From Candidatus Latescibacterota bacterium (lineage in GTDB: Bacteria; Latescibacterota; UBA2968; UBA8231), in assembly GCA_965204725.1 (NCBI GenBank), contig OZ242005.1, forward strand, positions 3,360,001 to 3,424,000: DNA of 64,000 nt. Direction: 5' to 3'. Positions 46,792-56,111 of this stretch are shown piece after piece. Position numbers and translations under genes: made by a program. Below the pieces are notes generated by a model that was not told the DNA's origin, ran no database searches, and saw only the letters and a program-made list of their open reading frames with translations. Positions within the stretch are counted from its first letter, which is position 1, and every line of letters begins with the position of its first letter.

Positions 46792-47068
46792 GAACAAAAG
46801 CGAACTATATAGCTGGCGCGTCTCGCCCGAAGTGAAGAATGGTCTTGAAGCCGCGGCCCGAGCCCATAAAACGAGCGTAGCCCAACTTCTCGACCAGATC
46901 GTGTCTCAGTGGCTCAACCGGGAAGAGGCTGGAGACGACGAAATGCAAGAACAGATTCGCAACGCCGCCATGCAGACCTTTGGCACCATCCGGGGCGGCG
47001 ATCCCCTCCGTTCACAGCAAGTGAGGCAACGGGTGCGTACCCGATTACAACAACGCCGTGCGGGCTAA
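46790..47068 (+). CDS. Ribbon-helix-helix antitoxin-like protein with no adjacent toxin
   Basis: YSWRVSPEVKNGLEAAARAHKTSVAQLLDQIV beta-alpha-alpha pattern. Confidence 0.65.
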   Translation: MNKSELYSWRVSPEVKNGLEAAARAHKTSVAQLLDQIVSQWLNREEAGDDEMQEQIRNAAMQTFGTIRGGDPLRSQQVRQRVRTRLQQRRAG

Positions 47069-47070
47069 GG

Positions 47071-47847
47071 TCAAAAAGCCGTCGGTCGGCCCTGCGCCCC
47101 ATCCACGGGAATCATCGCTCCATTGATCCAATTCGCACGCTCGGACACCAAAAACGCCACCACATCTGCCACCTCTTTTGGCGTTCCCAAACGCCCAGCG
47201 GGAAACTCCCGTTCCACAAACTGGGCAAAACGCTCGGGTTGCTCCTCCTGAAATCGCGCCCACCCACCGCCGGGGAAAAATATCGACCCCGGCGCGACCG
47301 CATTGACCCGCACTCCGCACTCGGCCAGTTCCAGCGCCAGCGCCCCAGCGAGAAAAATCTCCGCGGCCTTCGCGCTTCCGTATTGAGACTTAGGCCCGGG
47401 CTTCCAGCCCGAGATCGACGAGACGATCACCACCGCACCCCCGCCTCGCTGCCGCATGTAAGGCAGCACCGCCCGCGTCGTGCGCACAGCGTGGAGCGCG
47501 TTTAGGTCAAAGGTTTCCTCCCAGTCCTCATCAGCGGTTTCGAGCAGGCTCTGTCCGCCAGCCGCTCCGCCCACATTGTTGACCAAGACATCCACACCGC
47601 CCCACTCGGCCGCGCAGCGCGCGACAACGGCCTCCACATCCTTCCGCGAGCGCACATCGGCGACCTCGGCGATGGCTTCGGCCCCAGTGGCCCGCACCTG
47701 CTGCAATGCGCGGTCGAGCGGCTCTCGGTCGCGGGCGCAAATCGCCACCTTGCACCCCTCGTTGGCCAGTGCCAACGCAATCGCCCGGCCAATCCCCCGA
47801 CTCCCTCCAGTTATCAGCGCGATTTTGTCTTTCAGTCCTAGATCCAT
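47071..47847 (-). CDS. SDR family oxidoreductase
   Basis: TGGSRGIG, NNVG, YGSAK. Confidence 0.95.
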   Translation of the reverse strand: MDLGLKDKIALITGGSRGIGRAIALALANEGCKVAICARDREPLDRALQQVRATGAEAIAEVADVRSRKDVEAVVARCAAEWGGVDVLVNNVGGAAGGQSLLETADEDWEETFDLNALHAVRTTRAVLPYMRQRGGGAVVIVSSISGWKPGPKSQYGSAKAAEIFLAGALALELAECGVRVNAVAPGSIFFPGGGWARFQEEQPERFAQFVEREFPAGRLGTPKEVADVVAFLVSERANWINGAMIPVDGAQGRPTAF

Positions 47848-48996
47848 TTACGACCTCCTTTGTGCAAAGCGGGAAAGGCGCAGGAATTCGATGGGGTGTT
47901 TGGTATCGCCTTCCAACGCCAATTCAGCCAAAATTTCGCCCACCACCGGTGCGAACTTAAAGCCGTGGCCGGAAAAGCCCGCGCCGAGCACCACGGCCGG
48001 GCATTCGGGGTGGACATCCAAGACGAAGTGCTTGTCCGGCGTCAGCGAATACATGCAGGCCGCGTACTTGCTCAGCGCGGGTTGCAGCGCGGGGAAAAAT
48101 CGCGCCAGAAAGTCGAGGACAGCGCGCTGATCGCCGGCGGTCAATGCGCGATTGAGTTGGAGCGGGTCGGCCACCGGGTCGTGCGACACGTTGTGCTCGG
48201 CCACCTTTAGGCCCCACGGCACCTCGGCGGGAAAACCATAGAAATAGTGTGCGCCAGCGGCGATGAAGAAGCAGGGGAACGCGCCGCGCGCGTACTGCTC
48301 TACGCCGCGTCCTTGGTACCACAACTGCACCTTGCGAACTACTTGCGCCGCTACGCCCAGCCGGCATAGCTCCGGCACCGCCCAAGCCCCGGCTGTGAGC
48401 ACCAACCGCGTGGCGAGCAAACGCCGTCGCTCAGTTTCTACAACCACCCCTTCGCCATCGCTCTGCCACGACAGCATGGCCTCTCCGGCGTAGAGCTGCG
48501 CGCCGTGCTTTTGGGCCAACGCGACGTGCCGGCGGACGCCCTCCTCGACCCGGAGGAAGCCGCCCAAGGGATCGTAAAAGCCGCTCCACTCCGCCGGCAA
48601 GGCCAAGCTGGGATAGCGCGAAGCAATGGCCGCTGCATCGAGCGATTCATGCGGCAGGTCGTGGGCCTGATAACAAGCGGCCTGCCCCTGCATGGCCTCC
48701 GCGTTGGGATCGCCCGCGACTAGCAGCCCGACCTCGGCCAAGAGTTCTCCGGCCTCTTCGGCCGCTAGCTCCTCCCACAGCGCGTAGGCCCGGTGTAGCA
48801 AGGGCACGTAGTCGGGATGCTCCATGTAGGCTTTGCGAATGATGCGGGTGTCCCCGTGCGAAGACCCCCGGTCGTGGGCGATGCCAAAGCGCTCCACAGC
48901 GCACACGCGCACGCCGCGGCGCGCCAAGTGGTAGAGCGCGGCACTTCCCATGCCGCCCGCCCCGGCGACGACGACATCGTATCGTTCTGTGACCAT
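47848..48996 (-). CDS. solA: N-methyl-L-tryptophan oxidase / monomeric sarcosine oxidase
   Basis: GAGGMG, GSSHGDTRIIRKAY, CMYSLTPD, FSGHGFKF. Confidence 0.9.
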   Translation of the reverse strand: MVTERYDVVVAGAGGMGSAALYHLARRGVRVCAVERFGIAHDRGSSHGDTRIIRKAYMEHPDYVPLLHRAYALWEELAAEEAGELLAEVGLLVAGDPNAEAMQGQAACYQAHDLPHESLDAAAIASRYPSLALPAEWSGFYDPLGGFLRVEEGVRRHVALAQKHGAQLYAGEAMLSWQSDGEGVVVETERRRLLATRLVLTAGAWAVPELCRLGVAAQVVRKVQLWYQGRGVEQYARGAFPCFFIAAGAHYFYGFPAEVPWGLKVAEHNVSHDPVADPLQLNRALTAGDQRAVLDFLARFFPALQPALSKYAACMYSLTPDKHFVLDVHPECPAVVLGAGFSGHGFKFAPVVGEILAELALEGDTKHPIEFLRLSRFAQRRS

Positions 48997-49040
48997 TAGC
49001 TCAATTCCCTCCTTTACTACCCGATCCCAGCCCGTCGCCT

Positions 49041-49096
49041 GCCTGGGATCGAGGGCATCTTGCCCTCGCGAGGGCGGGACGCCCTCGATCCCGGGC
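49041..49096. repeat. REP-like inverted doublet
   Basis: GCCTGGGATCGAGGGC...GCCCTCGATCCCGGGC outer stem with two inner CGAGGGC/GCCCTCG hairpins. Confidence 0.75.
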
Positions 49097-49210
49097 GCAA
49101 CGGCAACACCCGAAAAGGCGGACGCAAAGCAAGTGTCGCGTACTTAGCTTGACGCTACTATGCCCAACCGCGATACTTTTTTCTTCATCACCCCAACTCA
49201 AGGCTTAGCC

Positions 49211-49774
49211 GTGCGCATTGTCACTGGCACCTATCGCGGTCGGCAGATTCCCTCCGGGCGACGCCTGCGCCAGATCCGCCTCACTTCGACGCGCCTCAAA
49301 GAAGCCGTATTTTCCATGCTCGGCCCCGACTTGAACGGCCGGACCTTCCTCGACTTGTGTGCTGGCTCGGGCCAGATGGGGCTCGAAGCACTGAGCCGGG
49401 GCGCACATGTCGAGCTCAACGAACCCGATCACCGGCGGCGGCGTCAGATCCGCGCCCTGCTCTACCAATGGCGGGCGGGCGTCGCCGGCCTGCACTCGGC
49501 CAAGGCCCAACACCTCATTCCCCAGCTAGCAGCGGCCGGACACCGCTTCGACATCGTGTACGCCGACCCCCCGTACCATGCCCGCTACTGCGGTGCCCCG
49601 CTACTGCTGGGCCTAATCGAAGCCCTTGGGGAATCCCCGCTCCTCAACGACGAGGGCCTGCTGTTCGTGCAGCACCAAATCGACTTGGCCGTGCCCGAGC
49701 GGACAGGCCACCTCGCGCACATCGAGCAACGAGCCTACGGCAACACCACCCTCAGCATCTATCGCCTCGCCTGA
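49211..49774 (+). CDS. rsmD: 16S rRNA m2G966 methyltransferase
   Basis: MRIVTGTYRG, FLDLCAGSG.MGLEALSRGA, DPPY, YGNT; GTG start at 49211. Confidence 0.88.
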   Translation: MRIVTGTYRGRQIPSGRRLRQIRLTSTRLKEAVFSMLGPDLNGRTFLDLCAGSGQMGLEALSRGAHVELNEPDHRRRRQIRALLYQWRAGVAGLHSAKAQHLIPQLAAAGHRFDIVYADPPYHARYCGAPLLLGLIEALGESPLLNDEGLLFVQHQIDLAVPERTGHLAHIEQRAYGNTTLSIYRLA

Positions 49775-49778
49775 TCCC

Positions 49779-50876
49779 ATGAAAATTACCCACGTCGAAG
49801 CCATACCCGTGCGCGTACCCAGGCCGCAGCCGTTCCAAAGCAGCCTCGGCACGCATCAAGCCTCTGAAAACGCCATCGTCTTGATCCACACCGACGCCGG
49901 TCTCACCGGCCTCGGCGAAGCCTCCAGCATCTGGGACCGCCGCGGACGCGGAGAAAGCGAGGCCATCAACGGGCTGCTCGCCGAGGTGCTGTGCGGCTTG
50001 GACCCGCGCCGCATTCGCCAGATCGCCGACCGCATGGACCGAGCTTTGCATCGCTCCTTCCCCGCGAAGGCCGGCATTGAAATGGCCCTCTACGACTTGG
50101 TCGGCAAAGCCTGCGGCGTGCCCGTTTACCAACTGCTCGGTGGGCTAGTCCGCGACCGCGTGTTGCTGAGTCATTCGCTATCTATGGGCGACCCCGAGGC
50201 CATCGCCGCCCAAGCCCAGAGCCTAGTGGCCGAGGGGTACAAAACCCTCAAGGCCAAAATCGGGCGCGACATTCGCGCCGACCTAGCCGTGCTCGCAGCC
50301 GTGCGCCGCGCAATCGGCGACGAGATCGTTCTGCGCGTAGATGCCAACATGGGCTGGTCCTCCGCCAAGGAAGCCGTGCGCCACATCGAGGCGATTGCAG
50401 ATTTTGACTTGGAGCTGGTCGAGCAGCCCTTAGCAGCCGACAACTTAGAGGGATTGCGCTTTGTACGCGAGCGCGTCTCACTGCCGATCATGGCCGACGA
50501 GAGCGTCTGGACTCCGGCCGACGCCCTCAACTGCATCCGCCACCAAGCCGTTGATGTTTTTAACGTGTACGTGTCGGAGGCCGGCGGCTTGGGTGCGGCC
50601 GCGCGCATTTTCGCCATTGCCGAAGCGGCGCGGCTTCCCTGTATCATCGGCAGTATGCCCGAGCTGGGGATCGGCACAGCGGCCCAAGCCCATCTCGCCT
50701 TTGCCATGCCCAACTTGGGCTACGCCAGCGACGTGAACGGCTGCGTCTATCACCGTGGTGACGTCATCCGCGAAAAGCTGCCCATCGCCGACGGGTACAT
50801 CCTCCCGCCCGCCGGGCCGGGCCTCGGCGTCAGCCTCAACGAGGACGCGGTCGCCGAGTACCGTTGCGACCGCTGA
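49779..50876 (+). CDS. Muconate cycloisomerase/dipeptide epimerase subgroup enolase-superfamily enzyme
   Basis: LKAKIG, RVDANMGW, VEQP, MADES. Confidence 0.9.
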   Translation: MKITHVEAIPVRVPRPQPFQSSLGTHQASENAIVLIHTDAGLTGLGEASSIWDRRGRGESEAINGLLAEVLCGLDPRRIRQIADRMDRALHRSFPAKAGIEMALYDLVGKACGVPVYQLLGGLVRDRVLLSHSLSMGDPEAIAAQAQSLVAEGYKTLKAKIGRDIRADLAVLAAVRRAIGDEIVLRVDANMGWSSAKEAVRHIEAIADFDLELVEQPLAADNLEGLRFVRERVSLPIMADESVWTPADALNCIRHQAVDVFNVYVSEAGGLGAAARIFAIAEAARLPCIIGSMPELGIGTAAQAHLAFAMPNLGYASDVNGCVYHRGDVIREKLPIADGYILPPAGPGLGVSLNEDAVAEYRCDR

Positions 50877-51685
50877 TGCGCTTCCGGCCCTGTATTGACC
50901 TGCACGAGGGGCGAGTCAAGCAGATCGTCGGCACCAGCTTGCGCGACGGCACGGCCCCCCAAACCCACTTCATCGCCCCCCATCCTCCTGCGTACTTTGC
51001 GGCGCGCTATGGCCGCGACCAACTCGCCGGCGGGCACGTCATCATGCTCGGCCCGGGCAACGAGGACGCGGCCACGCAGGCCCTCGCTGCCTTCCCGGGG
51101 GGCTTGCAGGTCGGCGGCGGCATTCGCCCCGACAATGCGGCGGCTTGGCTCGGCCGGGGTGCCGCGCAGGTGATCGTCACTTCCTATATCTTTAGCGACG
51201 GCCAGCTTCACCGCAACCGACTGGCGCGAATGGTCTCGGCAGTGGGGCGCGAGCGGCTGGTCTTAGACCTTAGTTGCGGCAAACGCGAGGGGCGTTACGT
51301 GGTGATGACCAACCGCTGGCAAAAGGCCACGGACTTGGCCCTTAGCGCGGACAACTTGGCACTCCTCGCCGAGTCTTGCAGCGAATTCCTCATTCACGCT
51401 ACCGGGGTCGAAGGCAAGCAGCAGGGCGTCGATGCCGAACTCGTCGCGCTCTTGGGCGAGACCGCGCCCATCCCGACGACCTATGCGGGCGGCGTGTGCA
51501 GTGCCGAGGACCTCGAGATTCTCGGCCGGCTCGGCCAAGGGAAATTGGATTTTACGGTGGGAGCAGCACTCGATATTTTCGGGGGCACAGGGCTGCGCTA
51601 CGAGGATATGGTAGCCAACTACCATCGGCTAGTGCCCAAACAGCTTAAACAGATTGATCGCCGTGAAGTTGATGATGGCCCATAA
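50876..51685 (+). CDS. hisA: ProFAR isomerase, eukaryotic (His6) type
   Basis: FRPCIDLHEGRVKQIVG, GHVIMLG, LQVGGGI, VIVTSY, LVLDLSC, EFLIHA..VEGKQQG. Confidence 0.92.
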   Translation: MRFRPCIDLHEGRVKQIVGTSLRDGTAPQTHFIAPHPPAYFAARYGRDQLAGGHVIMLGPGNEDAATQALAAFPGGLQVGGGIRPDNAAAWLGRGAAQVIVTSYIFSDGQLHRNRLARMVSAVGRERLVLDLSCGKREGRYVVMTNRWQKATDLALSADNLALLAESCSEFLIHATGVEGKQQGVDAELVALLGETAPIPTTYAGGVCSAEDLEILGRLGQGKLDFTVGAALDIFGGTGLRYEDMVANYHRLVPKQLKQIDRREVDDGP

Positions 51686-52966
51686 GGTAAAGAGCAAGGC
51701 CAGCTCCGTCTTGAGCGACATGCGCTCGTCGGCCGGGGTGCGCATGGCCAAGTGTAGCACGGCGTAGGCCATGGGAATGAGCAACAGATTGTTGGCGTTG
51801 GCCCCTTTGAGCACAAAATCGAGGGTGCGCGGGTCAAACAATATGAAGAGCAGCCATCCAAACGGGAAGCCGATTTGTAAAATGCGGACCCAGCGGCGAT
51901 AGCCCTCTTCTCCGGCCAGCGCACTGACCTTTAATTGTCGCAGAAAGTCCGCGCCGATCCGCCCCGAAGAAGCGGCGAACACCAGCAGCGTGGAAAAGAG
52001 CGTACAAAATCCTCCAAACATGAAAAGATAGTACGCCCAGCCGCCAATGCTCTCGGTAAAAATGAGCGAGACTTGCTCAACGACCTTCATGCCTTCGGGC
52101 AAGACTTGTAGCTGATTGAGCACCGACGCGCCGAGCAGGTAATACGCGCACGTGACCACCAGCGCAATGCCCGTACACACGCCGGCATCGGTGATCAAGA
52201 CCCGCATCCAGCCCCGATACCGCGCCTGCCATTCCGGGCTATCGTCTTTTGGCCCGACGAAATCTGGGTAGCCTTTTTCCACGATCCAGTAGGGATACAT
52301 GAAAAGCTCAACCGCGGTCGCGCCGACCGATCCCATTACCGCGAGGGCCACAAACGCGCCTTCGGCGGGCATGGCCAAGCGAAGGCCCGAAGCGATTTGG
52401 GCACTACTGATGGCATAGCCCGTGCCTTGCAGTGCGAGCACCGATCCGACGACGACCAAGCTGAAGGTCGCCACCAGCGCGGAGACCATTTTCTCCAAGT
52501 CGCCGTATAGCCCCCGCCAGAGCAAGACCGACATGGCGAGGAACAGTACTACCGCCCACACCTGTTCGGACGCAAAGGGAAAAACCGCGCCCATCAGCCC
52601 GGCCACCGACCCCAAGATGCCAATGACGGCCACCGTCACCGAGAAGTACCCTGCCACGCAGAGCCACGCGATCCACGAGGTGCCGCGCCAGCGCACACCC
52701 GGCACTTGGTCGAGGATTTGCACGGTGCTGCTTTTTCGCAACAGACACTGCCGCCCCAATTCGAGCTGAATCGCAAATTTGACCAAACAGGCCAAAATCA
52801 CGCCCCAGAGAAAGACAAAGCCGACCTCAGCCCCCATCCGCGTCGTCACCAACAACTCGCCTGAGCCGACCACCGACCCCGAGACGATGACGCCGGGGCC
52901 GATGTTGCGTAAGAGGCCGCCGAAATGGGTGGGGGCCTCGCGGATGCTGCTTTGTTCGCTGTCCAT
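51629..52966 (-). CDS. Nramp-like (COG1914/APC superfamily) transporter
   Basis: IGPGVIVSGSVVGSGEL, YPYWIVEKGY, about 11 TM segments. Confidence 0.85.
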   Translation of the reverse strand: MDSEQSSIREAPTHFGGLLRNIGPGVIVSGSVVGSGELLVTTRMGAEVGFVFLWGVILACLVKFAIQLELGRQCLLRKSSTVQILDQVPGVRWRGTSWIAWLCVAGYFSVTVAVIGILGSVAGLMGAVFPFASEQVWAVVLFLAMSVLLWRGLYGDLEKMVSALVATFSLVVVGSVLALQGTGYAISSAQIASGLRLAMPAEGAFVALAVMGSVGATAVELFMYPYWIVEKGYPDFVGPKDDSPEWQARYRGWMRVLITDAGVCTGIALVVTCAYYLLGASVLNQLQVLPEGMKVVEQVSLIFTESIGGWAYYLFMFGGFCTLFSTLLVFAASSGRIGADFLRQLKVSALAGEEGYRRWVRILQIGFPFGWLLFILFDPRTLDFVLKGANANNLLLIPMAYAVLHLAMRTPADERMSLKTELALLFTLWAIINFTAINLFKLFGH

Positions 52967-53186
52967 AGATGCGTCCTATTTGGCAACGCGAGCGGTGCGC
53001 CCGCAAAAGCGGCTTTAAGATAGGAACTCAGGCCGCAGATGCCAGCAGTGCGAGGGAAAATGGGCGGTCGGAGGGCCGATTTTAGCTTGAGATTGCATTT
53101 GGCATAGCCTCGCGCTACACGCTATATTATTGCAACTCATTTGCAAAAGAGTAACTGCGGCTCATCCCCTTTTATCAGTATTCGTC

Positions 53187-53273
53187 ATGCCACTTCCCCT
53201 CATAGTAATAGGTATAGGTGCTGCCGTTGCGAGTGCTTTAGGCGGCGGTGCTACGATACTAGCCTCTCGGTAA
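53187..53273 (+). other. 28-aa hydrophobic small ORF or truncated gene remnant
   Basis: MPLPLIVIGIGAAVASALGGGATILASR*, ending 4 nt before the ATPase ATG. Confidence 0.4.
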
Positions 53274-53277
53274 TCTG

Positions 53278-54360
53278 ATGAAAAACACACATTTGGCAAC
53301 ACTCAAAATTAGAGATTTTCGCGGGCTATCGCGCCTCGATCTCAATGGCTTGGGAACGTTCAACATCTTGCTGGGCGCAAACGACGTGGGCAAAACTTCC
53401 ATTTTGGAAGCGATATTCCTCTTGTCGGGTTCTGCCAATATGCAACTGCCCCTGCAAATACAGCAGACCTTTCGCAATTATGGGGTTCGCGAATTAGCCG
53501 ATTTATCCGCTCTCTTTCACAAACTCGACTTCGACCAACGCATAACATTGGAGGCGCGTTATTGTGATTCCACGAAGCTAACCTTGGCTATATCGGCTCC
53601 GCACGAATCCCTTGCCACCAAAATACAGAGCGAGGTGCCGCCGAGTGATCCCTCATCTTCTTCGGTTTCCTCTGGCCAGCGCTACTTGCGCTACGATGGG
53701 ACGGTGCAGAAAGCCGCGCAACAAAAGCCGTTACCGTTTTCCGGCGAACTGATTGAACGCGGCGACAATCTCGAACTGACCAAAATGCCGGATGCCCTCG
53801 CCAACGATTTGACTGCCGCTAGTTTTATCGGCGCACGATTTCAATACAATAGCAGTGTCATCGGCGAGGTAATAGTCGAAAAAAAGAAAGACGCGCTTCT
53901 TCGCTATCTACGGATCATCAACCCCCGCGTGGAGGAAATCGCGGTACGTGGGGACAAAGCCTATTTGGACATCGGATTGAAGAAAATGATGCCGCTGAAT
54001 ATGTTCGGCAGTGGCATGATCCGCGCCGCAACTATTCTCTCGCTATCCATTTTAAGGGCCGAACAAATTCTCCTCATCGACGAGCTCGAAAATGGCCTTC
54101 ACTATAAGGCCATTCCGCCGCTCCTAAAGACACTCCTCAAATTTTCCAGCGAGCAGCACTTGCAGATTTTTGTCACCACGCACAGCCACGAAATCCTCAA
54201 AGCACTGAAGGATGTGCTGAGCTTGCCCGAATTTTCCGGTTATCGGCAGACGACAAACTGCTATGTATTGCAGAGAGACAAAAGCGGATTGGTGCATTCC
54301 TATAAGTACGAGTACCGTCAATATGAGCACACCATTGAGTACGATATAGAGATCAGGTGA
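53278..54360 (+). CDS. AAA_15/AAA_21-type ABC ATPase
   Basis: GANDVGKT, FGSGM, LLIDELENGLH, FVTTHS; lower GC than flanks. Confidence 0.92.
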   Translation: MKNTHLATLKIRDFRGLSRLDLNGLGTFNILLGANDVGKTSILEAIFLLSGSANMQLPLQIQQTFRNYGVRELADLSALFHKLDFDQRITLEARYCDSTKLTLAISAPHESLATKIQSEVPPSDPSSSSVSSGQRYLRYDGTVQKAAQQKPLPFSGELIERGDNLELTKMPDALANDLTAASFIGARFQYNSSVIGEVIVEKKKDALLRYLRIINPRVEEIAVRGDKAYLDIGLKKMMPLNMFGSGMIRAATILSLSILRAEQILLIDELENGLHYKAIPPLLKTLLKFSSEQHLQIFVTTHSHEILKALKDVLSLPEFSGYRQTTNCYVLQRDKSGLVHSYKYEYRQYEHTIEYDIEIR

Positions 54361-54917
54361 TGAGTAGCCAATGGCAGATATTCGTCGAAGGACCGGACGA
54401 TCGAGCCTTCCTCAAGGACCTGTTACAACACCTGAACATTGCCAACGTCAACACGTCTATCATCGGCGGCGGCGTGGCGAAACTTCCCAACATTGCCAAT
54501 GAAATACAACGTGCTTACGATGCGGGCAAACGCATCGCTATCGTACTGGACGCGAACTCCAATTTCGCGAGTCGGTGTGCCGAGTTTGCGACACAGAAAG
54601 CAAGCCTCAAACTTCCAATTGACCGCTTCTTCCTCCTGCCAAACAACAAAGACTCCGGGAGCCTTGAGACCCTGCTCGAAGCGATGGCCATCTCCACTCA
54701 TCGCGTCGTGTACGACTGCTTTGACCAGTACAAAACCTGTTTACAAGACCGCAACACGCCATATAAACTTCCCAATCACAAGGCGCGAATTTATGCTTAC
54801 TGCGAAGCTCTCGGCCTTGAGACCCGTGCAAGTAAGCGGGAATATGTGAATTCATCGTATTGGAATCTGGACGCACCCGATCTGGAACCGCTGAAAACGT
54901 TTCTTTGTGCCCTGTAA
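54357..54917 (+). CDS. DUF3226-type TOPRIM-like protein
   Basis: IFVEGPDD, IVLDAN, LPNNKDSGSLETLL, KARIYAY, WNLD; overlaps the ATPase stop. Confidence 0.8.
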   Translation: MMSSQWQIFVEGPDDRAFLKDLLQHLNIANVNTSIIGGGVAKLPNIANEIQRAYDAGKRIAIVLDANSNFASRCAEFATQKASLKLPIDRFFLLPNNKDSGSLETLLEAMAISTHRVVYDCFDQYKTCLQDRNTPYKLPNHKARIYAYCEALGLETRASKREYVNSSYWNLDAPDLEPLKTFLCAL

Positions 54918-54933
54918 ATCGCTCCTCCGAGCA

Positions 54934-55743
54934 TTAAATTAGTGCCCGCAACCCCTCGGCATATTGCCCCAACACCGCATCGGCCCGCTCCCCACTCCCC
55001 CGCTTATAGATCACTTCCACCGAGCAATACCCAGCAAACCCGGCTTCCGCAATTAGGCGCAGCGGCTCGGCGTGATCAAAGACGCCCGCGCCCAGCACCT
55101 CGCTGACCTGCACCTTGCCATCGACGATCACCCCGTCGTGGGCGTGAATGTGGCGCGTGTGCTCGCCCAGCAGCCGGAAGCTCTCGGCCGGCTCTTCCAA
55201 CACCCGCTGCGTGTGCATAAAATCCCACAACACCTGCAAATTCGGGTGCCCGGCCCGCTCGACGACGGCGCGTACCGGAGCCGAACAGCACCAATCGTCG
55301 TGCGTCTCCAGCAGCAATGTCACACCGCATCCAGCCGCGGCCGGCAGCACCTGTGCAAAACCCTCGACCACGTAATCGACGACCGCTGTCCACTCGCGGC
55401 TCCGGTCGCGCTGGCCGCCGAAAACCCGCACCAAGCCACAGCCCAAATCAGCCGCCAAGTCAATGTACTTTTTCACGTCCTCCACGTGCCCGGCCCGCTC
55501 AGCCGCGTCGGGCGCAGCCATCCGCGCCCCGGTCGCAATGCAGCAGATTGCTAGGCCCTCGTCCTCCATCCGCCGGCGAATGTCCCGCCGCTCTTGGGCC
55601 ACAAGCACGGCCTCAATGCCGCAGGCGTGATCCCACTCGACGCGCGGCTCAAACCCCTGATAGCCGTGCCGCTTCATGCCGGCGACGACCTCGTCCAAGG
55701 TCCAGTCTGGACACGCGCTGCTCATAGTCGCCAATTTGATCAT
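54934..55743 (-). CDS. Sugar phosphate isomerase/epimerase (xylose isomerase-like TIM barrel)
   Basis: VRVFGG, LLETHD, LWDFMH, HIHAHD, SVE; start reset to 55743. Confidence 0.9.
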   Translation of the reverse strand: MIKLATMSSACPDWTLDEVVAGMKRHGYQGFEPRVEWDHACGIEAVLVAQERRDIRRRMEDEGLAICCIATGARMAAPDAAERAGHVEDVKKYIDLAADLGCGLVRVFGGQRDRSREWTAVVDYVVEGFAQVLPAAAGCGVTLLLETHDDWCCSAPVRAVVERAGHPNLQVLWDFMHTQRVLEEPAESFRLLGEHTRHIHAHDGVIVDGKVQVSEVLGAGVFDHAEPLRLIAEAGFAGYCSVEVIYKRGSGERADAVLGQYAEGLRALI

Positions 55744-55913
55744 GGTCCCTCGCTCTCCTAATAGCGTTGCGAATTTAACAAATGGACAGGATAGACGGGA
55801 TTGTATTGTTTTATCCCATCCCATGTCAAACCCCCTCAATTGATGCAAGGCCCATCATGCAAGACTCAACGCTCAGGCCGGCGGCCAAAGTAGCGACGAG
55901 AGGTTTGAAAACC

Positions 55914-56111
55914 ATGGTTCTGACGCGAAGTTTCAAGGAAACGATCCAAGCGCGCATGGAGCGCGATCCGACCTTCCGCGAGGAACTGCTCAAGGAAGGG
56001 GTCGAGTGCCTGCTTTCGGGCGATATGGACACTGGCAAGGCGATATTGCGCGGCCTCCAACGGAACCCAGCCGATCATGGACTTACAGGCGACCGGCTTC
56101 GTCAATACTAA
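55914..56111 (+). pseudogene. Truncated addiction-module antidote (HTH antitoxin) N-terminus
   Basis: MVLTRSFKETIQARMERDPTFREELLKEGVECLLSGDMDTGKAILR; similarity ends there, HTH half and toxin absent. Confidence 0.7.

Noticed and set aside
55858-55895. RPAAK in a short ORF, matching the end of the cassette leader
   Set aside because: Only ~12 bp match (CCGGCGGCCAAA) with no other leader sequence; expected by chance in GC-rich DNA.
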